Shown one piece after another: positions 9,504 to 19,675 of a stretch of DNA of 64,000 bases (the first letter of the stretch is position 1; every line of letters begins with the position of its first letter). Source of the DNA: an uncultured Candidatus Rokubacteria bacterium. Lineage in GTDB: Bacteria; Methylomirabilota; Methylomirabilia; Rokubacteriales; DASRDR01. The DNA lies in NCBI GenBank assembly GCA_963805625.1, contig CAWDVE010000016.1, positions 416,001 to 480,000 on the forward strand, given 5' to 3'. The notes beneath the pieces are model-generated. The model saw nothing but the letters and a program-made list of their open reading frames with translations, had not been told where the DNA came from and searched no databases. The position numbers and the translations under genes are program-made.

Positions 9504-10716
9504 GGTGGGACCCGAGGATGAGGGCGCTTCCGGTGGCGGGAGAGGCCCAGCCCATGTTCATGGCGATCCGGGCATCGCGCACCTGGCGGCAGCGCCCCGG
9601 CCGGTAGTCGTACGTGTGGACGCCCTCGCTTCCTCGCGGGCAGTAGTCGTCTACCGTCCCCCGGAGCTGGCGCACGTTCTCGATCACCATGCTCATGCCG
9701 TGGGTATAGCCCTCGCACAGGTGGCCACCGCTGGTGTTGTTCGGCCGCCGGCCGCCGAGCTCGATGGCGCCGCTCGACACGTAGTGGCCGCCGGCCCCTT
9801 GCTCGCAGAACCCGAAGGCCTCGAGCTGGAGCATCGCGGTGAAGGTGAAGGCGTCGTACGCACCGGTCACGTCGACGTCCTCGGGCCCGATCCCGGCGGC
9901 CGGGAAGACGAGCTCCCGGGCGTGGACGCCCGCGACGGTCGTGTAGCGCCCCTGGTAGAAGTAGTCGGGGCGCTCCCGGTTCACGCGCCCGGCGGCGGCC
10001 AGGATGCGGACCGGAGGATGGCGACCGTCCCGGGCCCGGTCGGCCGAGGTGACGACGAGCGCCGTCGCGTTGTCCGTCTCGAGGCAGCAGTCGAGGAGGT
10101 GGAGGGGCTTGACCACCCAGCGTGACGCGAGGACCTCCTCCACGCTCACGGGCGTCCTGACGAGGGCCTTGGGATTTGCCGCCGCATGCCGGGAGTGCGC
10201 GGCCTTGACGTGGGCCACCTGGGCCGAGGTCGTCCCGTACTCGAACATGTGGCGCATGAAGACCGGGGCGAAGCGTTGGCCGGCGCTCAGCATACCATAG
10301 GGCCGGTCGGCCAGCTCGAGGCCCCGCACCGGCGTCGCCGCGCGGGCGCCGGTGCCACCGATCCGGAACTCGCTGTATCCGTTCATCGCCCGGAAGATCA
10401 CGACAGCGCGGCAGAGCCCGATCTCGAGGAGGCCCATGGCGTAGGCCACGAGCCCCTCCGTGCTGCTCCCGCCGCCGATGACGTCGGCGTACGTGTTGAG
10501 GCGGATCCCGAGGTCGGCGGCGATGGCGACGGACGGCGTGGAGTCGTTCGAGTGATACGAGAGCATGCCGTCGATGTCGCGGGGGCTGAGCCCGGCGTCC
10601 ATGATGGCGAGACGCACCGCCTCGACACCCAGCGCCCGGGTCGACCGGCCGGACGCGCGGCTGTACTCCGTCTCGCCGACGCCCACGATGGCGTGACGTC
10701 CGCGGAGGTCGCGCAC
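9496..10716 (-). CDS. Thiolase-superfamily protein (SCPx/Ltp2-like)
   Basis: AIVGVGET, PLHLLDCCLETD, YDAFT, NTSGGHLCEGYTHGM, VRQLRG. Confidence 0.88.
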   Translation of the reverse strand: MRDLRGRHAIVGVGETEYSRASGRSTRALGVEAVRLAIMDAGLSPRDIDGMLSYHSNDSTPSVAIAADLGIRLNTYADVIGGGSSTEGLVAYAMGLLEIGLCRAVVIFRAMNGYSEFRIGGTGARAATPVRGLELADRPYGMLSAGQRFAPVFMRHMFEYGTTSAQVAHVKAAHSRHAAANPKALVRTPVSVEEVLASRWVVKPLHLLDCCLETDNATALVVTSADRARDGRHPPVRILAAAGRVNRERPDYFYQGRYTTVAGVHARELVFPAAGIGPEDVDVTGAYDAFTFTAMLQLEAFGFCEQGAGGHYVSSGAIELGGRRPNNTSGGHLCEGYTHGMSMVIENVRQLRGTVDDYCPRGSEGVHTYDYRPGRCRQVRDARIAMNMGWASPATGSALILGSHRA

Positions 10717-10749
10717 GTCAGGCCGCGCCGGAGGCCCGCTGGCGCACGG

Positions 10750-12480
10750 TCAGCGCCGGAAGAGGTCGAACGCCTGGACCCGCCGGGCGCGGGCCAGGGC
10801 GTTGGGTGACCGATCGGCCAGGATATTTGCGAGGTGCTCGGCGCTCAGCACCGACGGCACCATCACGTAGTCGGCGCCGGCGACGTAGAGCTCCCGCGCG
10901 CCCTCGGCCGTGTCGCCGGTCACGATGATGCGAGCGGTCGGCGCGAGCGAGCGCACCAGGCGCAGGATCTGCAGGTTGCTCGTGCCCTTGAGGAACCAGT
11001 CGGAGATCCCGGAGATCACGATGGCGGCCCGCCCGATGCCCGCGTGCTCGAGCGTCGCCATGTTGGCGATGTCACCGTAGTGATGCTCGACGCCCTCGGT
11101 GCGGAGCCGCTCCAGCATCTCCGGGTTGAAGTCGACCGCCACGATCCGGTCCTTCAGGGCGGGCGCCGTGCGGGCGACGTGTTGCACGAACGCGAGCCCT
11201 TCGCGCGACACGCCCAGCAGGAAGACGTCGCGGCCCGACTCCTCGTCCTTCTCCGCGCCCGACTCGGCGGCTCCACCGGCGGGTGCCGCGGGCGCGACCC
11301 CGAACCACCGCCGGAGGCCCAGCGCGCTCAGCAGGCCCGCCAGCCACGTCGCGATCGCGTGGTTGTAGAGGATCCCGTAGGTCGAGATGACCGCGGTCAG
11401 GAGCACCGTGTACAGGATCATCGAGTTCGCCGCCGGACTGATGTGCTTGTAGGTCACGCCGAGCGAGAAGATGACGAGCGCGAACTCGCTGATCTGCGCC
11501 AGGTTGATTGCCACCACGCCGGCCGTCCGCGTGTCGAGCCGCAGGAACGCGAAGAGCGGGTACATGGCGAGGAACCGGCTCAGGACGACGAACACAACCC
11601 CGCCGAGCGCCGCCAGCACGGCGGGCCCCGACGGCTCCGGGATCTTGAGGCCGAGCGCCACGAAGAAGAGGGTGAGGAAGAAGTCCCGGACGCCACCCAC
11701 CCGCGAGATGACCTCGGTGCCGTACGGATAGGACGCGATGACGACCCCCGCGATCAGGGCGCCCATCTCCTTCGAAAGACCCGCCCATCCCGCGACCCCG
11801 GCCACCAGGAAGCACCACGCCATCGCGCTGACCACCACGAGCTCGGAGGACTTCGCGATGACGCGAAAGTAGGCGGGCAGGACGAAGCGCGCCATGAGCC
11901 AGGCCCCGCCCACGAGGCCCACGCCGGCCACCAGCGAGCGCAGCAGGAGCATCGCCTGCAGGTTCTGAAGGTTGGGCTGGATGGCCAAAAAGGCGATGGC
12001 GTAGAGATCCTGGAAGATCAGCACTCCCAGCGTGACCCGCCCGCCGAAGGTGCTCAGCTCGAACTTGTCGGACAGAAGCTTCACCACGATGAGCGTCGAC
12101 GACAGCGCGCTCGCGAAGGCGAGGTAGAGGCGGTCGAACTGGCCGCCGGTCGACGCCACGACGGGGCCGAGCACCAGCCAGGCCAGCCCGGCGCAGATCG
12201 GGACCTGGAGGAGGCCCGTGGCCGTGATCGCGCGACCGGCTTGCAGGAGGCGGGGGAGGCTGATCTCGAGGCCGATCAGGAACAGGAGCAGGATCAGCCC
12301 GATCTCGGCGATCAGCTCGATGCTCGCCTCGTCCGCAACCACATGGAAGCCGACGTGGGGGCCGAGGACGGCGCCCGCCAGGATGTAGCCGAGGATCAGC
12401 GGCTGGTTCAGGCGGCGCGCGAGGAAGGCAAGGATGGCGGCAACGATGATGCTGAAGCCGATCGAGGTCAGCAGGTCCAT
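10750..12480 (-). CDS. CPA2 cation:proton antiporter with C-terminal KTN/RCK domain (KefB/C-like)
   Basis: QPLILGYILAG, LLFLIGLE, LSSTLIVVK, LIFQD, AQISEF; C-terminal VDFNPE..YGD. Confidence 0.88.
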   Translation of the reverse strand: MDLLTSIGFSIIVAAILAFLARRLNQPLILGYILAGAVLGPHVGFHVVADEASIELIAEIGLILLLFLIGLEISLPRLLQAGRAITATGLLQVPICAGLAWLVLGPVVASTGGQFDRLYLAFASALSSTLIVVKLLSDKFELSTFGGRVTLGVLIFQDLYAIAFLAIQPNLQNLQAMLLLRSLVAGVGLVGGAWLMARFVLPAYFRVIAKSSELVVVSAMAWCFLVAGVAGWAGLSKEMGALIAGVVIASYPYGTEVISRVGGVRDFFLTLFFVALGLKIPEPSGPAVLAALGGVVFVVLSRFLAMYPLFAFLRLDTRTAGVVAINLAQISEFALVIFSLGVTYKHISPAANSMILYTVLLTAVISTYGILYNHAIATWLAGLLSALGLRRWFGVAPAAPAGGAAESGAEKDEESGRDVFLLGVSREGLAFVQHVARTAPALKDRIVAVDFNPEMLERLRTEGVEHHYGDIANMATLEHAGIGRAAIVISGISDWFLKGTSNLQILRLVRSLAPTARIIVTGDTAEGARELYVAGADYVMVPSVLSAEHLANILADRSPNALARARRVQAFDLFRR

Positions 12481-12584
12481 GAGGCTCCGTCAGTATAGCA
12501 TCGCGCTTTTTGCGGATTTCGGCGGCGCGACGGTGCCGATGATGGAACCGATGCCAGTAAGAGCATCGTGAGGCCTGCCTCCGT

Positions 12585-14537
12585 TCATCGAGGATCGTCC
12601 TCCGCGGCGCTGGCCGTGACCAGCGCGTCGATCTGGGCGGGGAGCCCGAACACCCGCAGACGGTCGCCCGCCCGCAGGATGGTGTTGGCCGGCGGGTTGA
12701 CAACGAGGGAGCCGTCGAGGCGCGTGGTCGCCACGACGGTCACGCCGAAGCGCTCCCGGATGTGGGTGTCGCGCAGCGTGACGCCATCGAGGAGCCCTGC
12801 GGGGAGCTGCACCTCGCGCACCTCCGGGAGGCCAGGCTCGGACCCCGGGTGCGGCGGGCTGCCGGCACTCATCGCCTCGCGGAATCGCTCGAGGTACACG
12901 GTGAGCCGCTCGTCCGGCAGCGCGAGATGGTGGAGGGCGTGCCGGATGAACGTGGCCGCCGCCTCCAGCTCGGGCTCGACGACGACCGTGGCGCCGGCCG
13001 CGCGCAGCGCGTCTCCGATGGCGCGGCGGTGCGCGCGGGCGAGGACCGGCACACGCGGGTTGATTGCCCGGACGCGCGCCACGGCCAGCCGGGCATGGTC
13101 GGCGTCCGGGACGGTCATCACGACCAGCGCGGCATCGGCGGCCCCGGCCGCCCCCAGGAGGTGCGGGTGGGCGGCGTCGCCGTAGAGGCATGGCACTCCG
13201 CGGGCGCGCAGCGCGCGCACGACGTCCGGATCGGTCTCCACGGCCACGTAGCGAATGCCGAACGTCTCCAGGGCCTCGCCGACCGCGCTGCCGATCCGCC
13301 CGAACCCGCACAGGACCACGTGGGCGGCCCCGCCGTCCCGCGGGCCGTCGATCTGGCCCAGCGCGCGGTCCGGGGCCGCGCGGCTCAGCCAGCGCGGCGC
13401 GAACCGGACCAGGGCGGCGTTGGCGAGGATCGTCACGAGCGCGGTCGCCAGGGTGGCGTTGTAGACGTCGGCGCCGACCAGCCCGGCGTCGCGGGCGGCC
13501 TGGACGAGGATGAACGAGAACTCACCGATCTGCGTGAGGCCGACGCCGACCAGGAGCGCCGTCCACAGGGAATAGCCGAAGAGCGCGACGACCCCCGTCC
13601 AGAGGATCAGCTTGCCCACGAGCACGAGCCCGATCATGACGGCCAGCAACGGCAGGTTGGACAGGGCGACGCGCGGATCGATGAGAGCGCCGAGAGTGAC
13701 GAAGAAGAGGGCGACGAAGGCATCCCGGAGGGGCAGCACCCGAGCAAGCGTCTCGTGCGCGTAGTCCGATTCGCTCACGAGCAGCCCGGCCAGGAATGCG
13801 CCGAGCGCCAGCGACAGCCCGGCCGCCTGGGTGAGCGCGGCGGTCCCGATCGCGATCGCCAGCACGACGAGAAGGAACAGCTCGGGGCTCCGCGTGCGCG
13901 CCACCCAGGTGAGCACGCGCGGCATCACGCGTGACGCGAGCAGCCAGAACGGCACCAGGATGGCACCGGCCCGGAGCAGGGCGAGGCCGACCGCGCCGAG
14001 GCCCTCTGTCCCTGGCGCGGCCAGCGCGGGCATCAGCACGATCAGGATCACGACGGCGAGGTCCTCGACGAGGGTGATCCCGATCATCACGCGGCCGTGG
14101 CGCGTGTGCAGCTCGCCCCGGTCGATCAGGAGCCGGGCCAGGACCATCGTGCTCGCGACGGAGATCAGGATGCCGACGACCAGCCCCTGGCTTGGCGGCC
14201 ATCCGAGAGCCCAACCCGCGGCCAGGCCGAGGCCGATCGACAGGAGAATGCCGATCGGCGCGCCCAGCAGGGCGACACGCCGGACCTGGAGCAGGTCGCG
14301 AAGGGAAAACTCGAGCCCGATCGAGAACATCAGAAGGACGACCCCGATCTCGGCGAACAGCTCGAACGTGTGCAGGTCGGACACCGAGGGCCCGGGCGTG
14401 AGGGGGCTGACCAGGATCCCCCCGAGGACGTAGCCGAGGATCAGAGGCTGGCGCGTGAGCCAGGCCAGACCGCCGCCGAGGACGGCGGCGGCGAACACGT
14501 AGGCCAGGTCACGGAATACCAGCGGCTCGGTCACCAC
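12585..14537 (-). CDS. CPA2 antiporter with TrkA-N and TrkA-C domains (YbaL/RosB-like)
   Basis: LMFSIGLEFS, ASTMV, LVED, LRDAFVALFF, TQIGEFSF, CGFGRIG, C-terminal NPPANTILRAGD. Confidence 0.88.
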   Translation of the reverse strand: MVTEPLVFRDLAYVFAAAVLGGGLAWLTRQPLILGYVLGGILVSPLTPGPSVSDLHTFELFAEIGVVLLMFSIGLEFSLRDLLQVRRVALLGAPIGILLSIGLGLAAGWALGWPPSQGLVVGILISVASTMVLARLLIDRGELHTRHGRVMIGITLVEDLAVVILIVLMPALAAPGTEGLGAVGLALLRAGAILVPFWLLASRVMPRVLTWVARTRSPELFLLVVLAIAIGTAALTQAAGLSLALGAFLAGLLVSESDYAHETLARVLPLRDAFVALFFVTLGALIDPRVALSNLPLLAVMIGLVLVGKLILWTGVVALFGYSLWTALLVGVGLTQIGEFSFILVQAARDAGLVGADVYNATLATALVTILANAALVRFAPRWLSRAAPDRALGQIDGPRDGGAAHVVLCGFGRIGSAVGEALETFGIRYVAVETDPDVVRALRARGVPCLYGDAAHPHLLGAAGAADAALVVMTVPDADHARLAVARVRAINPRVPVLARAHRRAIGDALRAAGATVVVEPELEAAATFIRHALHHLALPDERLTVYLERFREAMSAGSPPHPGSEPGLPEVREVQLPAGLLDGVTLRDTHIRERFGVTVVATTRLDGSLVVNPPANTILRAGDRLRVFGLPAQIDALVTASAAEDDPR

Positions 14538-14652
14538 GGTCGAGCTCCCTCATCGAAAGGTGCCGGCTCCGGGCGGGAGTCCTGCCCTCGTCGGATGCCG
14601 ATGCGAGACTTGACGGACGCGCGACCCGCCGGGTCGCACGGAGGGACGCGGG

Positions 14653-14967
14653 CTAGTGGTCCTCGGCGGCGCTCGTCGCGCCCCGGAGCGTGTCGATCGA
14701 ACCGCGCGGGCGACCCGCTGCCGACCGGGGGGATGAGCGGTCGAAGCTCTCCGTCGTTGGGCGCGGCGGCGTCAAGGCGACCTCGGCGAAGCGCGCCGGT
14801 TCGGGCGGCCGGGGCAGGGTGCGGGTGGGCCGCTCGTCGGTCCGGGAGCGCTCGGCCCTCAGCGCGTGAACCGACTCCTCCTCACCGAAGCGGACGACAC
14901 CCGGCAAGAGGGGATTGGAGAAGTCGATGCCGAGACACGTGAGGAGAGCCAGGGTGAGCGCCCACAC
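14653..14967 (-). CDS. Small hypothetical protein with N-terminal hydrophobic segment
   Basis: GTG 14967: VWALTLALLTCLGIDFSNPLLPG...AAEDH; fills the gap on the same strand as neighbours; TACAGT -10 six nt upstream. Confidence 0.55.
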   Translation of the reverse strand: MWALTLALLTCLGIDFSNPLLPGVVRFGEEESVHALRAERSRTDERPTRTLPRPPEPARFAEVALTPPRPTTESFDRSSPRSAAGRPRGSIDTLRGATSAAEDH

Positions 14968-15105
14968 GCGAATACTGTATCCCGGGTCGCGGGCGACGGA
15001 AAGCGTCCTTCCACCCGGGTGCCACCCGCTGGCCACCGCTGGCGATGCCGCGAGCGACCCCGCTGGCGATCCAGCCGGGCCGTGGTGGAGACTGCCACGG
15101 CCCGG

Positions 15106-16308
15106 TCAGCGCGGGCGGGATGCCGGAGAGCGGGCCAGGAGGGCAAAGACCAACGCCAGGAGATTCAAACCGGCGCCGAGTCCGAACGCGGCCACGTAGG
15201 AGCCGGTCGTGTCGAAGAGCCAGCCGGCGAGGACCGGGCCGAGCCCCCCGGCCGGACCCGCGAGACCGAAGATCAGTCCCACCAGGCTGCCGGCGTGCGC
15301 GGGGCCGTAGAAGTCCGTGACGAGCGCCGGCATGAGGGCCGAGATCGCGCCGTAGGCGAAACCGAACGCGGCCGCCGCGGCGAAGAGGGTCGCGGTTCCG
15401 GCGGCCCCGGCCAGGCCGAGGAAGGAGAGCGTCTGGAACCCGAGCGCGATCATCAGCGTGGGCCGGCGACCGATCGCATCGGAGACCGCGCCCATCCCGA
15501 GGCGGCCCACCAGCGACCCGGCGCCGAGCGCGGAGAGCGCGGTCGCGCCCACCACGGGGGAGAGACCCAGGTCGCGGGCGAGGGGCACCAGATGGACGGG
15601 CGGCATGAAGACCGGAATCCACGTCGTCGTGTAGACCGCGACCAGGAGCGCGAACGAGGGATGGCGAACGACACGCCGGATCGGCCAGCCCTCCAGGAGT
15701 GCCACCGCCGACGCGGTGCGCGGGACGGCGCCGTACGGGAGGAGGTCCCGGTCCCGGGGATCGCGCACGAAGAGACCGGCGAGGAGCCCGAGCGCAATGG
15801 CGAGGCCCGCGCCGAGTAGCACGTATGCGCGCCGCCAGCCGACCTCCGCGATGAGCAGCGCGACGAGGGGCGGCCCGGCGAACGTTCCGGCGCTCGCGCC
15901 GCTGAGCCCGAGGCCGACGGCGAGGCCGCGGCGGGCCTCGAACCAGCGGGCCACCGTCGCGTTGCACGGCACGTACGCCGAGCTCATGCCGACGGCCGCC
16001 AGGAGGTACGTCGCATAGAGGGGCGGGAGAGCCCGGATGCCTCCCGACAGCGCGAGTCCGAGGCCGAGGAAGGCGCCGCCGAGCGCGATGACTGCCCGCG
16101 GTCCCCAGCGGTCGGTGAGCCGGCCGGCAAAGAGACCGAGGAAGGAATAGGCCGCGGCGTAGAGGGAGAAGACGCCGGACAGGCTGGCCCGGCTCCAGCC
16201 GAACTCCTCCGTCAGCGCGGTGAAGAAGAGACCGAAGGAGTACTGGACCCCGTAGGCGAGAAAGAGGACGGTGAACGCCGCCCCGACCACGATCCAACCG
16301 TAGTGCAA
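15106..16308 (-). CDS. MFS transporter (MCT/OFA-like)
   Basis: YGWIVV, GRLTDRWGPR, WFEARRGLAVG, SDAIGRR, DTTGSY. Confidence 0.88.
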   Translation of the reverse strand: MHYGWIVVGAAFTVLFLAYGVQYSFGLFFTALTEEFGWSRASLSGVFSLYAAAYSFLGLFAGRLTDRWGPRAVIALGGAFLGLGLALSGGIRALPPLYATYLLAAVGMSSAYVPCNATVARWFEARRGLAVGLGLSGASAGTFAGPPLVALLIAEVGWRRAYVLLGAGLAIALGLLAGLFVRDPRDRDLLPYGAVPRTASAVALLEGWPIRRVVRHPSFALLVAVYTTTWIPVFMPPVHLVPLARDLGLSPVVGATALSALGAGSLVGRLGMGAVSDAIGRRPTLMIALGFQTLSFLGLAGAAGTATLFAAAAAFGFAYGAISALMPALVTDFYGPAHAGSLVGLIFGLAGPAGGLGPVLAGWLFDTTGSYVAAFGLGAGLNLLALVFALLARSPASRPR

Positions 16309-16372
16309 GGGCGATCCGTCGATCTCGATGGAGCCGGCGCCGGGCTCGGCGGCCGCGGCAGCCGGCGGCGCG

Positions 16373-19207
16373 TCAGCCCCGGGCCCGCCGCGGGGCGGGC
16401 CGCTCGCTCGCGCGACCGTCCTTGAGGAAGTCCTGGAGGTACTTGCCAGTGTACGAGGCCGCGACCTGCGCGACGGCCTCGGGCGGTCCCTCGGCCACGA
16501 GCTCCCCGCCCGCGTCGCCGCCCTCGGGCCCGAGGTCCAGGATCCAGTCCGCGCACTTGATCACGTCGAGGTGATGCTCGACCACGAGCACGGTGTTGCC
16601 GGCGTCGACCAGGCGCTGGAGCACGCCGAGGAGCCGCCGCACGTCGTCCAGATGGAGCCCGGTGGTGGGCTCGTCGAGGATGTAGAGGACGTTATGGCCC
16701 AAGCGGGCACCCAGCTCCGCGGCGATCTTGAGGCGCTGGGCCTCGCCGCCCGAGAGGGTGGTCGCGGGCTGGCCGAGGCGGAGGTAGCCGAGTCCCACGT
16801 CCTGGAGCACCTGGAGCCGCCGCATCAACCCCGCCGTGGCCGCGAAGAACGGGATGGCCTCGTCGACCGTCATCTGGAGCACCTGGCTGATATCGCGCCC
16901 CTGGTAGGCGACCTGCCGGACGTCCGGACGATAGCGGCGCCCCTCGCACTCGCGGCAGGTGACGTAGACGTCCTCGAAGAAGTACATCTCGAGCTTCTCG
17001 AAGCCGTCACCCTGGCAGGTCTCGCAGCGGCCCCCGGGGACGTTGAACGAGAAGTGGCCCGGCCCGAGCCCGAGGGTCTTTGCCCTCGGCAGGCCCGCGA
17101 ACAGGCGCCGGACGTCGTCGAACGCCTTGATGTACGTGACCGGGTTCGACCGCGGGGTCCGGCCGATCGGCTCCTGGTCGATGAGCCGCACTCCGCGCAG
17201 ATGCTCGAGCCCCAGGAGCGCATCGTGGGCGCCCGGCACCTCGAAGGCGGTCTTGAACGCGCGCGCCACTGCCCGGTAGAGCGTGTCGTGAACCAGCGTC
17301 GACTTCCCCGAGCCGGAGACGCCCGTGACGCAAGTGAGCGTCCCGAGCGGAATGCGCGCCCTGACGTTCCGGAGGTTGTGCTCGCGCGCCCCGACCACGG
17401 TGAGCCATCGCCCGTCGCCCTCGCGCCGCCCGGCCGGCAGCGGAATGCTCTCGCGGCCCGAGAGGTAGCGTGCGGTGAGCGTGCGCATGTCCCGGAGGAA
17501 CTCGTCGCGCGGCGCCGCGAGCACGATCTCGCCCCCACGCTCGCCCGAGCCGGGCCCGAGCTCCACGCAGTAATCAGCGGCCTCGATGAAGGTCCGGTCG
17601 TGCTCCACCACCACGACCGTGTTGCCCGCGTGGGCCAGCTCCCGGCACAGCTCGGCCAGCCGCGTGACGTCGCGCGCGTGGAGCCCGATCGATGGCTCGT
17701 CCAGGACGTAGAGGGTGCCGACCAGCTGAGCGCCGAGCTGGGTTGCAAGCGCGATGCGCTGGGCCTCGCCGCCGGAGAGCGTCCGCATCTGCCGCTCGAC
17801 CGTCAGGTAGCCGAGGCCCACGCGGCGGAGGAACGAGACCTTCGCGGAGAGACGCTCCAGAACCTCGCGCCCGACCTCGGCCTCCCACGCCGTGAGCGGC
17901 AGCTCGGCGAGCCATCCGGCGAGGTCCTCGATGGCCAGGCGAGCGACCTCCGCGATGCTCCGCCCGGCCACCGTGACGGCGAGCGCCTCGGGCTTGAGGC
18001 GGGCGCCGCCGCAGGTCGGACAAGGGACCTGGCTTCGGTAGCGCGAGAGGAAGACCCGCACGTGGAGCTTATACCGGTAGCCCTCGACTTCCTCGAAGAA
18101 GCCTCGGATACCGCAGAAGTCCTTGTCCCCATCGGATACCCAGCGCCGGACCGTCTCGGGCAGCTCCGCATAGGGCCGGTGCACGTCGATCTTGCGGCGG
18201 CGGGCGACCCGGAGCAGCTCCTTCTGGTACCACTCGCCGGACGGGTGCCGCCAGGGCTCGACGGCGCCGCCGGCGAGCGAGGCCCCGGGATCCGGGATCA
18301 CGCGCCCCTCGTCGTAGCGCAGGAGGTTTCCGAACCCCTTGCACTCCGGACATGCCCCGAGCGGGTGGTTGAAGGAGAAGAGCAAGGGCTGGGGTCGCTC
18401 AAGCGCCGTCCCGCAAGCCTGGCAGCCGAACTGCTCGCCGTAGCGGCGCACCTCGGAGGGACGGCCTTCCCGCTGGATCTCCACCACCGCCCGGCCACCG
18501 CCCTCGCGAAAGGCCTGCTCGAAGGAGCCGGCCAGCCGCGTCTGGGCGTCGGGGCGCAGCAGGAGGCGGTCGAGGATCACGTCGATCGTCTCGCGCCCGG
18601 CGAGATCCAGGTCCGGAAGCGGGGACAGCGGAAGCACGTCGTCCCCGACCTTGACGCGGGCAAAGCCGCGGGCGACCAGCCGGGCGAGCAGGTCCCCGAC
18701 CCGGTCGGCGGCGGGCACCGGCAGCGGGAACCCGACCAGCACGCGGGTGCCGGCCGCCTCGGCGAGCAGGGCGTCGGCTACGCGATCCGGCGCCGCCGAG
18801 CCGGCCGGGCGGCCGCAGCGCGGGCAATGGACGCGGCCGATCTTGGCGTACAGCAGCCGCAGGTAGTCGGCGAGCTCGGTGGCGGTGCCGACCGTCGAGC
18901 GGGCCGTCCGCACGGGGTTCTTCTGCTCGAGCGCGATCGCGGGCCGGATGTGCTCGACGAGATCGACGTCGGGCCGGTCGATCCGCTCGAGGAACATCCG
19001 CGCGTAGCTCGACAGCGACTCGATGAAACGCCATTGGCCTTCGGCGAAGATCGTGTCGAACGCGAGGGAGGACTTCCCGGAGCCCGACACGCCCGTGACG
19101 ACCGTGACGCGGTCGTGAGGGATGGCGACCGAGACGTTCTTGAGGTTGTTCTGCCGGGCTCCGTGGATGCGGAGCCAGTCAGGGCGCGGCACGGGACGAG
19201 GCTTCAC
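16373..19207 (-). CDS. uvrA: Excinuclease ABC subunit A (UvrA family)
   Basis: GARQNNLKN, two GVSGSGKS Walker A motifs, FSFNHPLGACPEC, two LSGGEAQR signatures, LDEPTTGLH, DLGPEGG. Confidence 0.93.
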   Translation of the reverse strand: MKPRPVPRPDWLRIHGARQNNLKNVSVAIPHDRVTVVTGVSGSGKSSLAFDTIFAEGQWRFIESLSSYARMFLERIDRPDVDLVEHIRPAIALEQKNPVRTARSTVGTATELADYLRLLYAKIGRVHCPRCGRPAGSAAPDRVADALLAEAAGTRVLVGFPLPVPAADRVGDLLARLVARGFARVKVGDDVLPLSPLPDLDLAGRETIDVILDRLLLRPDAQTRLAGSFEQAFREGGGRAVVEIQREGRPSEVRRYGEQFGCQACGTALERPQPLLFSFNHPLGACPECKGFGNLLRYDEGRVIPDPGASLAGGAVEPWRHPSGEWYQKELLRVARRRKIDVHRPYAELPETVRRWVSDGDKDFCGIRGFFEEVEGYRYKLHVRVFLSRYRSQVPCPTCGGARLKPEALAVTVAGRSIAEVARLAIEDLAGWLAELPLTAWEAEVGREVLERLSAKVSFLRRVGLGYLTVERQMRTLSGGEAQRIALATQLGAQLVGTLYVLDEPSIGLHARDVTRLAELCRELAHAGNTVVVVEHDRTFIEAADYCVELGPGSGERGGEIVLAAPRDEFLRDMRTLTARYLSGRESIPLPAGRREGDGRWLTVVGAREHNLRNVRARIPLGTLTCVTGVSGSGKSTLVHDTLYRAVARAFKTAFEVPGAHDALLGLEHLRGVRLIDQEPIGRTPRSNPVTYIKAFDDVRRLFAGLPRAKTLGLGPGHFSFNVPGGRCETCQGDGFEKLEMYFFEDVYVTCRECEGRRYRPDVRQVAYQGRDISQVLQMTVDEAIPFFAATAGLMRRLQVLQDVGLGYLRLGQPATTLSGGEAQRLKIAAELGARLGHNVLYILDEPTTGLHLDDVRRLLGVLQRLVDAGNTVLVVEHHLDVIKCADWILDLGPEGGDAGGELVAEGPPEAVAQVAASYTGKYLQDFLKDGRASERPAPRRARG

Positions 19208-19243
19208 AATCTACCATTCTACCGCGGGGATTGCGGGTCGTGC

Positions 19244-19272
19244 TTGACAGCCTCCCGGCTGTCGGGAACGAT
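19244..19272 (+). promoter_or_regulatory. Putative sigma70 promoter for the cytochrome c gene, with overlapping inverted repeat
   Basis: TTGACA (19244-49), 17 nt, AACGAT; perfect palindrome GACAGCC-tccc-GGCTGTC at 19246-19263. Confidence 0.45.
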
Positions 19273-19351
19273 GGCCCCGCAACCGCGCGCGGCTGCGCGC
19301 GGCGATCGTGCCCGCGGACCGTCGGCCCGCGGCGGCCGGCCGGGAGGTCCC

Positions 19352-19675
19352 ATGCTCGACCACCGTAGTCTCGCCGTGATCGCACTCGCCGCCGCCCTGA
19401 CCGGCTGCTCCGGTCAGGGGAGCTCCTTGAGCCCCGAGGCCGAGCGCGGCCGCCAGGTGTTCGTCGCCCAGTGCACCTCGTGCCACTCGAGCGATCCGAC
19501 GCAGAACGGCCCGCTCGGTCCTGCGGTGAAGGGCGCGTCCCGGGAGCTCCTCGAGGCCCGGCTGCTCCGGGGCGCGTATCCCCCTGGCTACACGCCCAAG
19601 CGCCCGAGCGCGATCATGCAGCCGATGCCGCATCTCGCGGGGAGTCTGGACGACCTCGCGGCCTACCTCCGGTAG
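19352..19675 (+). CDS. Monoheme cytochrome c, predicted lipoprotein
   Basis: GGAGG then ATG; lipobox LTGC; CTSCH (CxxCH); distal MQPM; 107 aa. Confidence 0.88.
   Translation: MLDHRSLAVIALAAALTGCSGQGSSLSPEAERGRQVFVAQCTSCHSSDPTQNGPLGPAVKGASRELLEARLLRGAYPPGYTPKRPSAIMQPMPHLAGSLDDLAAYLR

Noticed and set aside
16328-19351. 1115-aa plus-strand ORF
   Set aside because: Antisense shadow of uvrA; only the last 107 aa (cytochrome c, own SD) look real.
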